From Raillietiella orientalis (taxonomy: Eukaryota): DNA of 64,000 bases. The stretch covers positions 1,054,001 through 1,118,000 of the forward strand of contig JAYWIR010000024.1 in assembly GCA_036172245.1 (NCBI GenBank), given 5' to 3'. Each line of letters begins with the position of its first letter. Positions within the stretch are counted from its first letter, which is position 1. A program made the position numbers and the translations under genes. Below are positions 1-13,781 of the stretch, in pieces. The notes beneath the pieces are model-generated. The model worked only from the letters and a program-made list of their open reading frames with translations, was not told the origin of the DNA and made no database searches.

Positions 1-1413
1 CAAGCGTGCGCATACTGAAGATGTGGGACACGCACATGATGAAATGGTGTGTAGTCGCCGAGTCGACACATCATGCATGTGCATACATGTGTGTGTTGGC
101 GTGGCTATGTGCATCTCTAAACTGATGCTTGAATCAGATTCCAGAGTGATTTGCAGATGATCAGAGCGAAGCAACGGAAGAGTAAACAAGGAAAATTCCA
201 TATTAGGCGCAGAAAATTCATGCGCCTCTAAAGTACTCTTATGTAATGTAACAAAATGTGCTTGCCGTGCTTTTATGGAAGCCGTATTTGCTGGATGACT
301 TGTGTCCCTGGTACTGAAAAAACAAAAACAGGATTCCAAGATGAGGTTCCCTTCCACATCCAGGATGAATACTGCTTTTGTATCTTCTTCACTGTATGCT
401 ATCGGCCAATGATCTGGAGTGGTGCAAACGAGGATCATCATCAATTTATTCCCTGAATGGGAAACGTAAATCTCTTGATTTCTCAGGGAAACTCCACAGA
501 TGAGAACAAACACTTGGATGTCAAATCACTGGCAGTTCGTTTCAGAAAAAGTCCTTCCACGTGCCGGTCAAAGCTCAAGAGGGATCTGCTAAGACGGTCC
601 AAAACCGTTGTGTGCGATAGGGGTCGCTTGCTGTTGCAGGCAAACTGCCATCCGAGAATTAGCACGAAACTTTCTGAGACGGGGATTCGTCGCCAATTTC
701 GAGTGAAAGACCTCTGATAAGTGTTTCATTTCGCCCTCCAGAACATCGCAGACGCTTAAGGGAAAAGATGTGCTCGGTTTCCCACGTTAGTTGCAATTTG
801 ACTCCGACTGGATGAAAGATACCATGCCGATGAAATTAACACTCTTGCTTCCCATGATCATCGAGTGATTAATTGTGAGCTGCGTTCATTATTCACCTCT
901 AATGAGTATTTCAGTGTCATTCCTTCGAGGAGTTCCGGTGCTCCTTCAACTCCTAAAAAGAGACGCAGCTCAGTTGCGCGAAAATTCGGAAAAGAAAATC
1001 TTATTAACTGACCTAATCGACACACCATTCTCGAACTCTACATCCCTACCAACCTTATTCTTGACAGCCGTTTCTATCACTTGTCACGCTTAATCCACAG
1101 AAAATTTCAATACAGTGGCGATTCTTTCTGATGTCTTTTCCTCTTCCTCATCGTTTCACCTTCTGCATGGCTCGTAACGCATTTTGGCAATATGTGATTT
1201 TTGCTTTTTCCCACTAGGTTCCATCTCATCATTGGAAGATTCCTCGCTCTGAGTGCTCTTCCTTTCCTAAATAATGATATGAAAATAAGAAGAACACATG
1301 AAGGAACCAGCAAAATGGACTTCGCATGGCCGTGACCTTACCGGAAGCTGCAATGGAAGAATAGAAAGTTAGAATTCTTGAGAGCCGCTTGATGCTGCTT
1401 CTTGGACCTTGAG

Positions 1414-1414
<1 letters not shown>

Positions 1415-1464
<50 letters not shown>
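1415..1464. repeat. (CA)25 microsatellite
   Basis: Perfect CA run; it explains the HTHT/CVCV ORFs. Confidence 0.98.
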
Positions 1465-1467
<3 letters not shown>

Positions 1468-3043
1468 TTGGTTCCCTGTGACAAGAGAGCACTCCTCTGC
1501 TTATAGACTGAATGGAATCATCGCAAAGAATGAATTCCTCACGATCTTCACATTCTCTATCTTCTTCTTGCCCTGTCATCACGAGGTTGTGTTGTCACTT
1601 CCGTTTCCGTCCTCGGCTATGACATTGCCTTTGCGCAAAGCTTTCGAAAATCCTCAGGAGTCCACTGTAGGAACGAGGTCATTTCCGGAAACCCCTTCCC
1701 GGCTCCCTTCCGTCGACGTCTTCAGCCGATGGAGCAGCGCGCCGTGTCGCTGCGTGCGCGCGAGAGGGCACTGCAAGCAGCGGTTGCGACGCAGGAAGCA
1801 GCGGCTCATCCCCGACTCTGCATCTTCGGATGCGGCTGCGAACCCGTTAGTGGCGTGCAAGCCTATGGCAGGGAAAACGTTGAGCTGGGAATTCTCATCC
1901 AATGCTGCCCTCATCCATTCCTCATTAGACGTGCTTCGGACTGCTATGGGTTGAAATTCCCTCAGGAGCGTGTCTGTTGGCAAACTCCAGGATAATGCGA
2001 AGATGAAGCCATCACTTCCGGGGCGACAAAGGAAACGCGCAAACAAGCATTTGTTTTTTTACAAGACATATTTTCTTGTGTCAGCTGCCAAAGCGTCACA
2101 GATGTTACTTTTTGTTCGCTCACAACAAGAAGACGAGTTGCTGAGAAGTGGTACGACCTTCTGAAAGAAAAAAAAAGAAGAAAATGATTTCATGGGACTT
2201 GCAGATGCTGTGAAGCAAGGCAAAGAAGAATTATCTTATTTCCTCAGTGAGAACAAGGTGTTCTATCAATGCGGAAGTTAGAAAACGGAAGTCATAAAGA
2301 GAAATCGAGATCTAAGTTTGATCCATGGGATGATCCAAGTTTCGGGCGGAATGAGCGACCAGAAGAAGACGTTAGGAAACCATGTGAACTGCTTAACAAG
2401 AGATGTGCTTTCAAAAATTCCTCGCGGTCTTGACGTTCTGATGCATCTGAACAACAACTGCTTGGAATTTTTAACGCAGATGCTTCTTCTCTTACTCATC
2501 GACGAGTGAGATCGTTTGCTTGTGGAGCAAGTACGGGGAAAAGATCAACCAAATCTCTCAGTTGGAATCGAAATTTTCTATGTGGATCAAGATAACAAAC
2601 AGCATCCCTCTGTATACATATACTCTTGGAAGACAAGCTTCCTGATGACCTCTGTAGGTGCGGCTACGAGTTCGATCTTCATCCCATAGTACCTTATTCT
2701 ATTAGGAACTAATGAAGCCCCAGCGGGCTTGGTTGATGAAGTGCCATCCATTCTCGAGGTCAGTCTTTGATAACCGGGAGCTACGAAACTTTTATCGCGT
2801 CTTGCTCGGTTCTGCAATCTCATCTCGAGGATGAGTAGAGGACTCCATCTTGTTCAAAGAATTTCCTCTGAGGGATCAAGGCAAGAAAAAAAAAAAGAAA
2901 GTGGGGTGGATTGGATCCCTCCAGATTGAATTATGGTGAAGGATCGCAGCGATCCTAACGTGCAGATTGGTCGTAAGAGCTAGGCATAGGGACTAAAGAC
3001 GAATCAAACCTTTCGATCCTGGTTCCCTACTAAGGCACTTCCT

Positions 3044-3195
3044 CCCTCTTCTTCTTCTTCTCATCAATCACCACTACCATCACCACTGCCTTCCATCATC
3101 ATCCTCATTATTATTAATAATCGGTCATCATCAATCACCATCGGCATCACTTTCATTATCAATCATTATTTGTCACCACCACTATCATTATCATC
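3044..3195. repeat. Low-complexity (TTC/TCA/CAC)-rich degenerate trinucleotide tract
   Basis: Runs of cttcttc, catcatc, caccac and attatt. Confidence 0.8.
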
Positions 3196-5009
3196 TCAGG
3201 ATAGCTGGCACTCGCCGAAGAGGAAGGAAAGGTCGAGTACCACTCTGCATGGTGAAAATCGCTGGAGGCACTGAAGCCAGGATTACCTCAACCTGTCTTC
3301 AAACTGGTGAGAAGGGCGCGAGAAATCCGGCTTGTTTGAACGCTGAAGCTCGGGCTGCTGGATCCATTAGCGCTACCAGCGGACCCATTTTGGTGAGCAG
3401 AGCTGGCACCATGGGTTGAACCAAACATCGACAGGTTACGTGACGCTCGAAGCATGCCATGAAAGATGCTGGTTTCCATGGAGATGTGCTTCATCCATGC
3501 GCCAAGCATGGGAGTTTGGGATCCTCTACAAAAATGTCAGCAGCGATCGCCCGACGGCGAAGAAACCGCACTGGAGCTGGATACTGTTCGAGAGCTAATC
3601 CTGGGACTACACTCAAGTTTCGAGATCCTGTTTCCCACCCCGGACGATGACGCAGGACACAGAATAAACGGGATCTCATAGAAGTTCACATTCATCTTGA
3701 GTTCAGATAGACAGAACAGTGGTGGCTCTCCAAATGCACTATCAGGAGCTGATCTTGAGAAGATGCCTGAGAGAGGATCTGGAACGTCTCTGCCGAAAGT
3801 TACTCGTTGCTCTTCAGTGAGAATCACCGTAATCATTGTACTGCATCCTCTCCCCGTTCATCGGCATGGCTCTGGAGTAGGCCGAGCACCTTTTGGATCC
3901 GAGATTTGACCTATTTGACTACCGAGATTTGCTTGCACCCATTGGAGACTGCTGTCTTTCCACGGCACAGCTTTGTACTCTTTCTAGTTCCGTGGGTTCG
4001 TCTAGCAATGCTTCATCTGCGGCGGGACAGTGGCCGACTGTCTGCTTTTGGGTAAAGTTTCCAACTAGCAATAATCGCACCTCCGCAAGCGTCCTCGGCT
4101 ACGATATTGCCAGTGCTTTCGAGTGCTTTGGTGGTTCGATGACGTTTAGCAGCTCCTGAGGCGATTTTTTCGATTTTCTGGCGCATAGCCTCAGTCCTTT
4201 TGCACGGTGCGGGTGACCACGCTTCGGCGGAGCATTCATTGCTGCGGCAGGCGAACTGGCCGCCGCTGGCAAGCCGGGATCGCACGCAAATCCTCTCGCC
4301 CTTGGGAACTCGGTTTGAACTGGATGCCCCCTCCGTTTCCCACCTGCCAACTCCGCTATGGCGGCTCGCACAAAGGCAGCTCCTACATCGACGTTCCCTC
4401 TTTGAGCACGCCTCTTTTTTGAGATTCGCCAGCCTGTGTAAAGCCGCGGGAATGCTCGATGACCTTTGGAGAAGAGAAGGGACTAGAGAGCCAATTTCCG
4501 AGGAACATCGGCAGCAGAGGTCAAACTGTCTCTTCAAGAGAGTGAGCCGTGACGAAACAAAAGCACCATTCCCTGTAGGGAAGTTTCCTGCTCTCACTAC
4601 TCTGCTGGCTCTTTGTAATTTGCCTGCCTCCTTGCATTTCCCTTTTACCCTGACGGAAAAGGCGGAATTTTTGTCATGCTTTTGTTGCTGCGATTCTCCG
4701 TCAGGGGTCGCCAAACGCCCGTAGGAAGGGAGCGTGACTTTGCTTCCGTAAACTTTCGCTTTCTGTGTCGAATCCGCCTCATCATCTCCCGAATGGGCGT
4801 GACCGTCGGGCTATGCATCCCGCGGTTCAAACTCCAAAGTGAGGTGCTGAAAGGAGGGCGCAATCAACTTGCACGCGAGGTTTTAAGAAAAGATCTCTCC
4901 TTCACCGACGAAGGAGATCCTCTATCCGGAGGGTGAGGTCCTCGACGTTTCGTTAAACGCATTTCGTCAAAGGTCCACGACATGTTCTCGGTTCCCTGAC
5001 GTGGACACG

Positions 5010-5542
5010 GCCTCCTCCCCGAGGCTAGACCAAAGGGAACTCTCTTCTTGGTTGTCTCCGAAGGCAACCTCTTCCTTATTCTCTCCGGAGGGAACCCGCA
5101 AGGGATTCGCTCCTTGTTTCCTCCTCTAAAGAGAACCCCGAAGGGACGCTTCCCGATGTCTCTGAAGGACGCTCCCCAAAGGGAGCAGCGCGTTTCCAAC
5201 ACTCTGGAAAGGCAACTCTTGAAAGGGGGATCAACCAGCTCCATGGTACACGATGGAGGGTCTCTTCCCGAGGGGAACCTCGAAGGGAATCGGCTCCTTG
5301 ATTCCTGAAAGTGTCCCAGAGGTTCCGCTTCCGATCCCAGCCAGTCAACGGGGCATCCGGGGTTTCGGGCTTTCATTAGTACCGCACACCAAGTCCGCAG
5401 GACAACCAGCTTCTTCCTGAGGGGGGGGACTTGAAACCCACGACACACTCTCCATTCTCGGCATCGATCCTCCACGCGGGGATTCGAACCGGCAACGTTT
5501 GGTATCACGCGTGGAGACTGCAGCCACACGGATGCCAATGCG
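5010..5542 (-). mobile_element. tRNA-derived SINE, copy A (3' end uncertain)
   Basis: Minus strand reads cgcattggcatccgtgtggctgcagtctcc...ccggttcgaatcccc (A-box/B-box-like head; B box ~5480-5490), then the body shared with other copies (gaagcgtcccttcggggttctc...gaggaggaaac). Confidence 0.85.
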
Positions 5543-6575
5543 GGAGGCGTTCTCGAGAGAACCCGTCTGCCTCTAATGCTGAGGCAACGGCGACTGATCC
5601 ACGCTGTAGCCTCCCGCCGGCGTTAGGTACGAGGAGGAGAGCAGAAGGAGGAGCTGTTGCCGAGAAGAAGGTGGACGAGACCTCCGTACTTCCCGGAGAA
5701 GAGGAGCCACGCGCCCTCGGTGAGGTCCCTCACGGCGTCGCCGAATGCCCTGTACCAGGAGACCGGTGTGACCCAGAAGGGATCCCCGTCCGTCTCCGAG
5801 TCCTTCCTCCAGACTCCATCCAGGTTCATCTGCTAGACGAAGATCACTGCGCCTACGAAGATGGCTGCAAGCAGGGAGCGCGAAGAACTCCTGCCAGCGT
5901 CCTGAGCTTCAGTGGCCGCGCAAGCAGGTTGGGTGGTTCCAGGGGACCGGCTACGCTTCCCGGGAATGTATCGAAAGGAATGCTCCGTCACCGTCCTTTC
6001 CTCGTGGTCCTCGTCTCCCGAAAACGAAGAGTTAGGGAACCGGGATGGAGCTCAGAACGCGGTCTCCTCCCAAGTGCTGCCGGAGAAGCATCAGCTACCC
6101 GGTCTGGGTTGCTGAGGACAACCGGAGTGCCGAAGGACTGCATGTCGCTGCTGGTGGTGGCTGGGAGCTGAATGTTTTTTGTTCGGAGGAGCATGGCGGT
6201 CAGTACCAACATCGCCTGGAATGAGACTGGTTGCGTGAATTCCGGGAACACTGTTCTTCTCGCTTCCACGTCGTGAGAGGTTTCCACCTCCGACTTCAAT
6301 CTCCCTGTCCCTATTCTCAGTCTGTGAGCGGGTCCATCTTTTCGTGCAGCCTCCATCCTTTTGCAAATTTCAAGAACCGCTTCGTAGGCACTCCGCTCCC
6401 GTCGCGGAGACCTGGACCAAACCACAAAGCGAAAATATGCAGAGAAGCGTTTGTTTAGGAGATGAAGATGGTTGGCACGGCAACGGGGAAAGGAGAGAGC
6501 TCTATGCGCATGGCTGCAGCTGCGAGGCAAGAGGGTCCCGAAGGCAAGCCAACCTGTGGGCGAACGGCATCGATA

Positions 6576-7092
6576 CACCTACGATTGCATTGGTACCTTT
6601 ACAAACGCCACATCCATCCACGGCAGACAGCGCACCCCTCTCTTCGTCGGAGACGCGGCGAGGAAAAATCCCCAATGAAAAAAACATCACGAAAGCGCGC
6701 ACATGAACTACGTATATCTATTTCTGTATAGGCGAAACATTGACAATAGACGTGTGTGTACACGGGTGCCAATTTTTTATAGATGGTTGAATTTACGTTC
6801 GCGGTGGCCGTCCTTTCGTTCGTTTCCTACTTGCACGGGTAAACTTCGGCCCAGAAGGACACGATGGCCAAGGGAAATCTCCTCCAAATGTTCTGTAACT
6901 TGAGGACTCATCCGATGCTGCATCGGCAAAGGGAAAATTCGATACCCAGCATGGCATTGCAGTAACGCGTTGGTGGTTGTAAATTTCCGGCGTGTAACGG
7001 GTCCAAATCTTGCATGGCAGGCCGCTGGACCATGAAAACCGCTTGCTACCACTTTGCACAGGAAATCTTCTAGAAGAGTTCCGAAAAGATGA
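6576..7092 (-). repeat. ~520-bp dispersed repeat, inverted near-identical copy of 56016-56537; contains decayed mariner-like transposase C-terminal remnants
   Basis: Reverse complement matches 56016-56537 with about 10 differences. Remnant motifs HLFG.L...GKRF and, upstream at ~7600-7640, DNSSFH (cf. mariner HDNARPH). Confidence 0.9.
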
Positions 7093-7117
7093 GGGAAAGC
7101 CATTCTAAAAAGTTGCC

Positions 7118-7540
7118 CGCGTTGGCGACCGGGTGGCTGCGGTCTCCGCGCGCGGCACCGAACGTCGCGAGTTCGAATCCCACCTGGAGAAGAATCGACG
7201 CCGAGAAAAGGTGCGTCGCGGGCTTCGAGTCCCCCCTCCTTCACACAGAACGATGTTTGTTGGCCTGTAGGCGTCGGGTGCGGCATTGGTGGAAGCCGGA
7301 TGCCCCCGTTGACTGGCCAGGATCCTTGCAGGAATCAAGGAGCACCGGTTGCCTTAGGGTTCCATTCGGAACAACCGGGGCAAGGGTTCCTTTTGGTGTT
7401 CCTTCCCAAGCGCAAGAGGAACGGACTCCTTCCAGAGGAAGGAGTCCGCTCTTGGATTCATAGAGAGGTCCCTCCCTAAATTAAAGAGTGACACGCACCC
7501 TCGGGCGTCTTGAACAGTGTTGAAGAGCTTCGTGAGCCCC
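7118..7540 (+). mobile_element. tRNA-derived SINE, copy B (internally deleted), nested in the mariner-like repeat
   Basis: Head cgcgttggcgaccgggtggctgcggtctcc...gagttcgaatccc; family tail gagtgacacgcaccctcggg...cagtgttgaagagcttcgtgag. Homology to the 56-kb repeat resumes at ~7597-7640. Confidence 0.85.
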
Positions 7541-7639
7541 TAAACGATCGGTTCTTCAGTACTTAGCAAACCGAAAGAAAGAAGAAAGGTCAGGATAATG
7601 GAAGCTCGAATTATCATCAAAGTTACAGTAGGCGAAGTA

Positions 7640-7985
7640 TAAAGCTTGCATCCAGGTCGGTGGGAAGCTGAGAAGTGTATCGGCCTGAGTTCCATCGCGG
7701 CGAAAGGATTGTCCACCGCAGGTTTCGAGGCAGTTCCGAAACTTCGGAGTGACCGGCGAGGAGAGCGGCAATCTGGAAGGGAGAAGAATGGTGGGATCGC
7801 GTCCTCCGAGTGCTCCACCATCGGGCAGCTTGGCAATCCTTGAGCTTTCGAGACTGGAGTGACGCCGCCATGCCCACTCCTGGCATCTGGTCGGCTGCCT
7901 TAAGTTGGTGCTGCGGTTCTTCCGGCTTGCTCCGCGCTTCCATCGCAGATGCCCACTCACCCAGAAAACAGGCATCTTCATGGAA
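7640..7985 (-). mobile_element. Decayed LINE fragment (RNase H / C-terminal region)
   Basis: Minus-strand translation FWVSGH (cf. WVPGH of LINE RNase H), then TILL..RL and C..CG remnants. Confidence 0.35.
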
Positions 7986-10900
7986 AATCGATCGAATCCT
8001 CGCGCGTATTCGTTGCGTGCTGGCTAATGGATCTTGTGGTCGGTCAGTCAGTCAGGAACAAAAAAAACGTGGGAGGTAATAGGGAGGCGCCGTTTGCACG
8101 TGAAGCAGACCCCCACACCACCGGGAGCGAATTCTTTTCTTTCCGTGATCTCGCACCTGTCTGGTGCCGCTCCCTCCCTCGGACCGGAAGCTGGTTTTCA
8201 CTCGGGTAACAAAGGGTCTCTTCCCGGAGACTGCAGGAAGGCATGAGAAGGAGGACGAATATCGCAGGTCGACTCCCCGAGAGCGTTCCAGCAAACAGGA
8301 ACCAAGAAGACCCTCCTAGAGAGAGACTCCTCCCTTCTCCGGGAGCTCCCGTTTCCTTCCCGTGTTTTAAGTTCCTTTTTTTTTTTTCCGGACGAGCGAA
8401 AAAAAACGCACACTAAAAGGAGTGCGCCGCCGGAAGTAATGGTTTGTTTGGTTTTCTTCCATCCTTTGGGACTCGACTTTAGGAATTTCACCCCTCGGAA
8501 GATGTTTACAATCCTTGGAGAACGTCTGCGAGGGAACTGGAAGGAAAAGGAGAGGGAGTGACAGAGCACGAAGCTACTCGCTTTTCATGTAAACATGGGT
8601 GGGTAGGTGGGTATGACGAGCTCTTTTGAAGACCTCTGCTCAGCAGCTGGAATGAGTTCTGGCGATCGGAAAACGACGGGATGCCGTGGCTTCAAAACTT
8701 CGGTGCTCAGTGCGCGGTCGTATTCAGAGGATTTTCGAGTCTTCAGGACGAACTCGGCTTCCCAAGGAAAGCGGAGAAGGATCGGGGGGAGAGCGGTGTT
8801 TCCGGAGTCCAACGCGATGGAAGTAGTCGGACTCTCTCCGGAGGACCTTACCATGGACACAGCGGTGGAAAGCGCACGCCATCGAGGATGAGTCTAGGAG
8901 AGACACAGGGTCCAAGGGCGGATTCCCACCCTCATCCCAACTCCTTCTCTCCTTCTGGAAGCCGAGGACAGCCGTAGCAGGTCAGGACAGCTTGGACGAG
9001 TTCCGAAAAGATGAACCAGAAGAGAGCAGGGACCAAACGTCGCCCTCTGCTGGGAAAGGCGGAAGGAGAGTTTAAACGAAACCGGGAAAAGTAACTCTCG
9101 TGGAGTCACGAGGCAGAGGTGCAGCCGCAGTATCCGGAAGATGCCGTTCTAATCTGCTGCTTGCGCCTCTGGGAGCCTTCCACTTTCCAAGGGATGTCAA
9201 GCTCCTCGCCTCTTCAAGCGCTCGTTTAGCGGCGCTTCCTCTGTCGGCCAGATGTGGTCCAAAAGCGATTTTACGAAGCTGCTTTTGGCGGAAAGGATCG
9301 ATCTTGATGCTTCTTACCCCTTCTCTTCCCCTCTTTCAATCACTAGTATGGAGAAGTTCCGGAAAAGAAGTGCAAAAACGTCGGCTTCCTTGGTTTCAAG
9401 CTCTTCCACTTCTTAGTTCAGACGTGCTTCATTGGTTCTGCCACTCAAAGAGTACTGAAAAGAGGGCATAGTGAAGAGGAAGAAAGAGGCCATAGTGAAA
9501 TCATCAGTCATAGAAAAAGAGAAACCATCTTCAGTTAGGGGGTTTATGAATATCTCCAGTGCCATGCGAAAGTTTCTTCCCATCTGCGGATTTCCTTGTG
9601 CGTCTGTTTTCCCCCTTCCTTATTCACAGTGCTCTGTCCTGAGACTTCTTTCAGGAGGTCCACCGAGAGAGGAGGATCCTGTTTCGAATGACCACCCGGT
9701 TTGCTTTCATCTGGAGACGCTTATCTCAGATACAGAGATTGTATCCTTTAGGGAGGAGGAGAAAGCATGCAGTCTTCCCCGAAGAAAGCAGGAAGAACAC
9801 GGGTGTGCCTGAAAAGGTGAGTCACGTGGAATGACGGCTCATTGGAACTCACTCACTTCCTGCCAATCATTTCCAGGACCACCCTTAAGAAGTGAGAGTC
9901 TTTATCTTAGGAGGAAGCGCGGTTAAGTTGCAGAAGCGCAGAGCCCCCAAGACTCAGCGAGTCCCTTGAAAAGTCAGCAATGCCTCAGAGGACGCATTTG
10001 TAAGCGTAGGAAATGGGGAGGCCCGAATCACCGAAAGGTTCACGTTCTGGTATGCAGTCGGTGTGATTTCGTTATGCGAGAGAAGTCTTCAAGGACGAAG
10101 CTTGCGATCTCCGTGACCAGATACCTGCATGTAGTTGCATGTTGAGCGGAAGACAAAACATTGTGAAAAAGACATTCAGTAGGAGTCAACAAGTCTGCTT
10201 CGGGGTACTTCTGTCGGCTTCTTTCTCTGGAGAACTTTATTGTATGACCTCCCCGTCTTTTCGAAAAAAGAGAATTCGCATGCGCTGGGATGGACGTCTT
10301 TCTCTTCCATACAAGGGTTGGTGTGTCCTTCCCCACACGGAAGGTGTTCAAAGATTCAGGTCACACGAAGATCGCGTGATGGTCAAAAGACAAACAAGGT
10401 GGTCTCAATGACAAGGAGACAGACATTAATCACGAATGAGGGAAGGAGGCTTGGAGGGCGCAGGAATAAACCGACATTTGCGTTTCACGAAAAAAAGCTT
10501 CTTGCTCTTCCTCGCATCATTTTCTTTGCTTGCACTGGGAGTCACAGCATCCGAGTGTCCAGTAGCATGCTTGAATCATGTGGCGCATAGGGTGGAAAGC
10601 GCTTCCCGTTACCTGGGAGGCCCAACGCTCCTTCCACACAGCAAGAAGACGGCGATTGCATCTTCGCAAGCAGGACCGGACATCCAGAAAAATGCCAAGG
10701 ACAGGCGGTTTGACGAGAAAAGGGCTAATGAAACAGAGGGCTGCGAACGGAAGATCCGAAGCCCCAAGATGGAAGGGTAAGATCAAGTCACGGGTCATGG
10801 GGATCAGAGGTATATCCTTTCGACTGCACTGCAAGTTCGAGAGAAAATCTGCAGCTGTTGTCCATCCAGCTGCAGAATGCAGCAGCACTCCTGAGGGCGT

Positions 10901-13499
10901 CACAAGGCAAGGCAGTAATGGAAGCTAAAGTTTTTTCCCTAAGTGCTGAGGCTTGGGGAAGGAACAGACGCGTTCAGGTTCGGGAACACGGAAATTTGGC
11001 TGCCAAAGGGAACGGTCACATGGTGCATTCTTTCGAATGCCCCTAAGTCTTCTTTCGTCCTGATTGGGTTCTCTCTCCCGAGTGCAACATCCCACTCGTC
11101 CTCACCGGCGAGAGCTTTGTGATTCTCCTGGTTTCCTCGCAGGAATCTTCTTTGTTGCGTGAGAGTATCATCAAGTCCACTCGAGCCTTCTCATCTTCCA
11201 TCTCTCTCTCTCTCTCTGTTGCTGGAACTGAATCCATCAGAGTACTCTTCAGTCCCGAGTAATCATTCCTTGATCTGACTAACTGGTCTCATACATCCAG
11301 TTTCTGAGATCCCTTTGCAGGTTTGCTGAGGTCAGCCTGACGCACTTTTCCGTTTCGAGCGGGTTGCATTCCACAGTTCTGGAACCTGGAAGGGAGCAAA
11401 GCGGGTGCCTGCACCTCCACGTTCCATCGAAGGCTTGATCCCGAAGTTTTCACGAGGGATACCTCTACTCTGGAATGGGGAAGAACGTGGAAATGGCGAA
11501 TCGTTTCGGCTTCGCCATTCTCAAAAGATGCGAGAAGCTTGGGCTGCTAATCTTGTGGAAGGGAGCATGAGGCAAATGAGCCTTTTGGCAGCAGAGTCAG
11601 TCCCCACGTCTCGGCCTTGGCAATCGAGCCTTCCTTTCCCAGGAAGCAGGAATTCTCTCTCAGCAATCGGGAGCAACTTCCTTAAAACAAAGGCACGCTC
11701 GCAGGAAGGCCTTTGCCAATCCAGAAGAGATGTAGAGGTTCCATCCCAGTTCCATGGACTCTTCGCCTTCTTTCTTCCCTTAAGTCACCGGTCGTGGTCG
11801 TGTCCTGCGGCACATCGTCTGTGAAACGCGAACGTGTAGAAATCCTCGCTTTCTTTCCAGTTTCCAAGGAGGAGAGAAGGGTGGCCCGCGGTACGCAACA
11901 TGGAAATCCACTGGCGCGACTTCGAGCTGTTTTGCTCCCTCTCCTTCCCGTAGCGTATCGTTCCTTTCGGCCGCACGTCCTGGTTCCTCTCCTGGGAGCC
12001 AACGGGCGTGCTATCCACTAGACTTTCCTCCTAAGGAGATGGGCAGGGAGTCGGAAGACGGCTGGCTAACGACGAGTGGAGGTCTGCTTCTCGTCTTACA
12101 CATATACAAGATGGAGGCATTGTGCATTCGTCGCACACATGCCGTGTTTACTGTAGCCTGCGCGCTCCCAAGTGTTCGCGGAAGGTTTGTCGGGAGCGAG
12201 CCTCAGCCTGCTCAAAGGGATTCTCCACCAAGTGAAGATGGCGTGCTCCTTCGAGGTCGGGCAAACGGTAAACAAATACGGGGCAGCCTCTGCGCGCCTC
12301 GCGCGGATGCGGCCAGCGGGACGACTCCCGGTTTCGCGTCTGCCGAAAAGGCGACGTCCAGCGTGCTGAGTGAGCGACGCCCGTTCGAGGGGGCTGCTGG
12401 TGGTCTTGCAAAGGATGGACGAGAGCGAGAGAGAGAGAGAAACAGGTCCGCATCTGTTCCTCCATGGCCCGGCCATAAAGACTAATGAGAAAGGAGTAAA
12501 TTAGCCCTGAAGGACGCCTGATTATTTTCTTCAGCGTACCGGGTTGCTGGGAAGAACGGGAGCGCATGGCAATAATTCGTGGTTATGCTGGTAGGTCCTG
12601 GACGGCGATCGGCTCTCGGGGAGAGAGGAAGGAAGAAGAGGGAGGCGCTAGGAGACTCCTGCCGCCGCCGCTCGCGCACTCGCGAGCCTTTCCGAGAGAT
12701 TCACCGTCGTTCGCGAGCTGCAGGGTCCTCTGCCTTTCAGTATTTTCGCCATCTCTCCAGTCCTTCCTTGGTGTCTTCGCAAAAAGGAATTTTTGGAAGA
12801 ATTTACGCGGCCGGCTCCCTCGGTGACTTTGGTCACTCATCGCCGAAGACCCGTAAGGCGGGGACCAAACACCGGAGGAGTTGCCCGGGGTGACTGGTCT
12901 TTATGGCCTGAGGCTACTAAGAGGACCAGGATGAGGCTGCAGTGATGCAGTGTCCTTGTGTTTTTTCATTGTTACATAAAAGTGGTCATTTAAAATAGAG
13001 GAGAATTTCCATATTTATAACAGGGGGAAAATCTCCTTCCCTTGCAAAATAGGGGGGGGGGGGGATTGGAACTTCGGCTTCCGACAGCACTGGAGTCAGG
13101 ACTATCCGGAGAAGGCGACCTCTGTACCTCACATGGATTAGGTCTCTCGTACCCAGGAATGTAGCACGCGGATGCTGCTGCTGCGCGTGTGCCCTATTTC
13201 GTGGAAGGTAGGGAGGATGCGGTAGGGAGGTTTGCTTGTGAAAGAGCGCACAGTCCCTCCAGATAGCCCCATCCTCTTCCCAGCGATCAGGCCTGAAGCA
13301 GGGATACAGCTCGGGGGAAAACGAATGCGCGCATCCGAGAATACAGCGGCTCCCAGGTCACTCCCTGCACGGGTTGGAAAGGGAGGATTGGGGGTCGTCT
13401 TCCAGAAGGAACAAAAAAAGCGAAAGAATAATAATAATAATAATAATAAAAAAAACATCATCATCGCACAACTTCCGAAGTCAAGTGATGCTGCTGAAC

Positions 13500-13781
13500 A
13501 AAAGTCGTGCCGGGTAGCGTTGCGAGCGCAAAGTCAGAGGATGCGCGGAAGCAGTTGCTTCGCAGTACTTCGGGACAGTTCTCGGAAAAGAAAGTGTTAG
13601 TCAACCTGAAAATCGCGTGTTCCATCCAACCGTCGGGGCAACGTTCCTCGCGACGTGGTGCAAGCGGTTGGTTTCGCCGTCCCGACCTCCCAGGGAATTA
13701 TGGATCCCTGCTCCGCTTCGGCATTCTTCCTGCTCGGAACGGCTGGGGATCTTCCCTCCGGTTCTTGCGAGAAGGCTGCAG
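13500..13781 (+). other. Candidate upstream non-coding exon of the mGluR gene (5' boundary unknown)
   Basis: CpG-rich, apparently non-repetitive segment ending in a perfect donor CAG|GTAAGT (13781/13782). The coding exon at 36066 has an acceptor and so needs an upstream donor. Confidence 0.25.

Noticed and set aside
4013..6171. Long ORFs of 224-246 aa (4013-4714, 4864-5538, 5431-6171; similarly 44357-45040)
   Set aside because: Arg/Ser/Pro-rich open frames in GC-rich or repeat-derived sequence, with no recognisable domains.
7131..7185. tRNA-like sequences with GTTCGAATCCC (also ~5485, 27860, 30465, 44975)
   Set aside because: No complete cloverleaf, and each continues into a shared repeat body, so they are SINE heads rather than tRNA genes.
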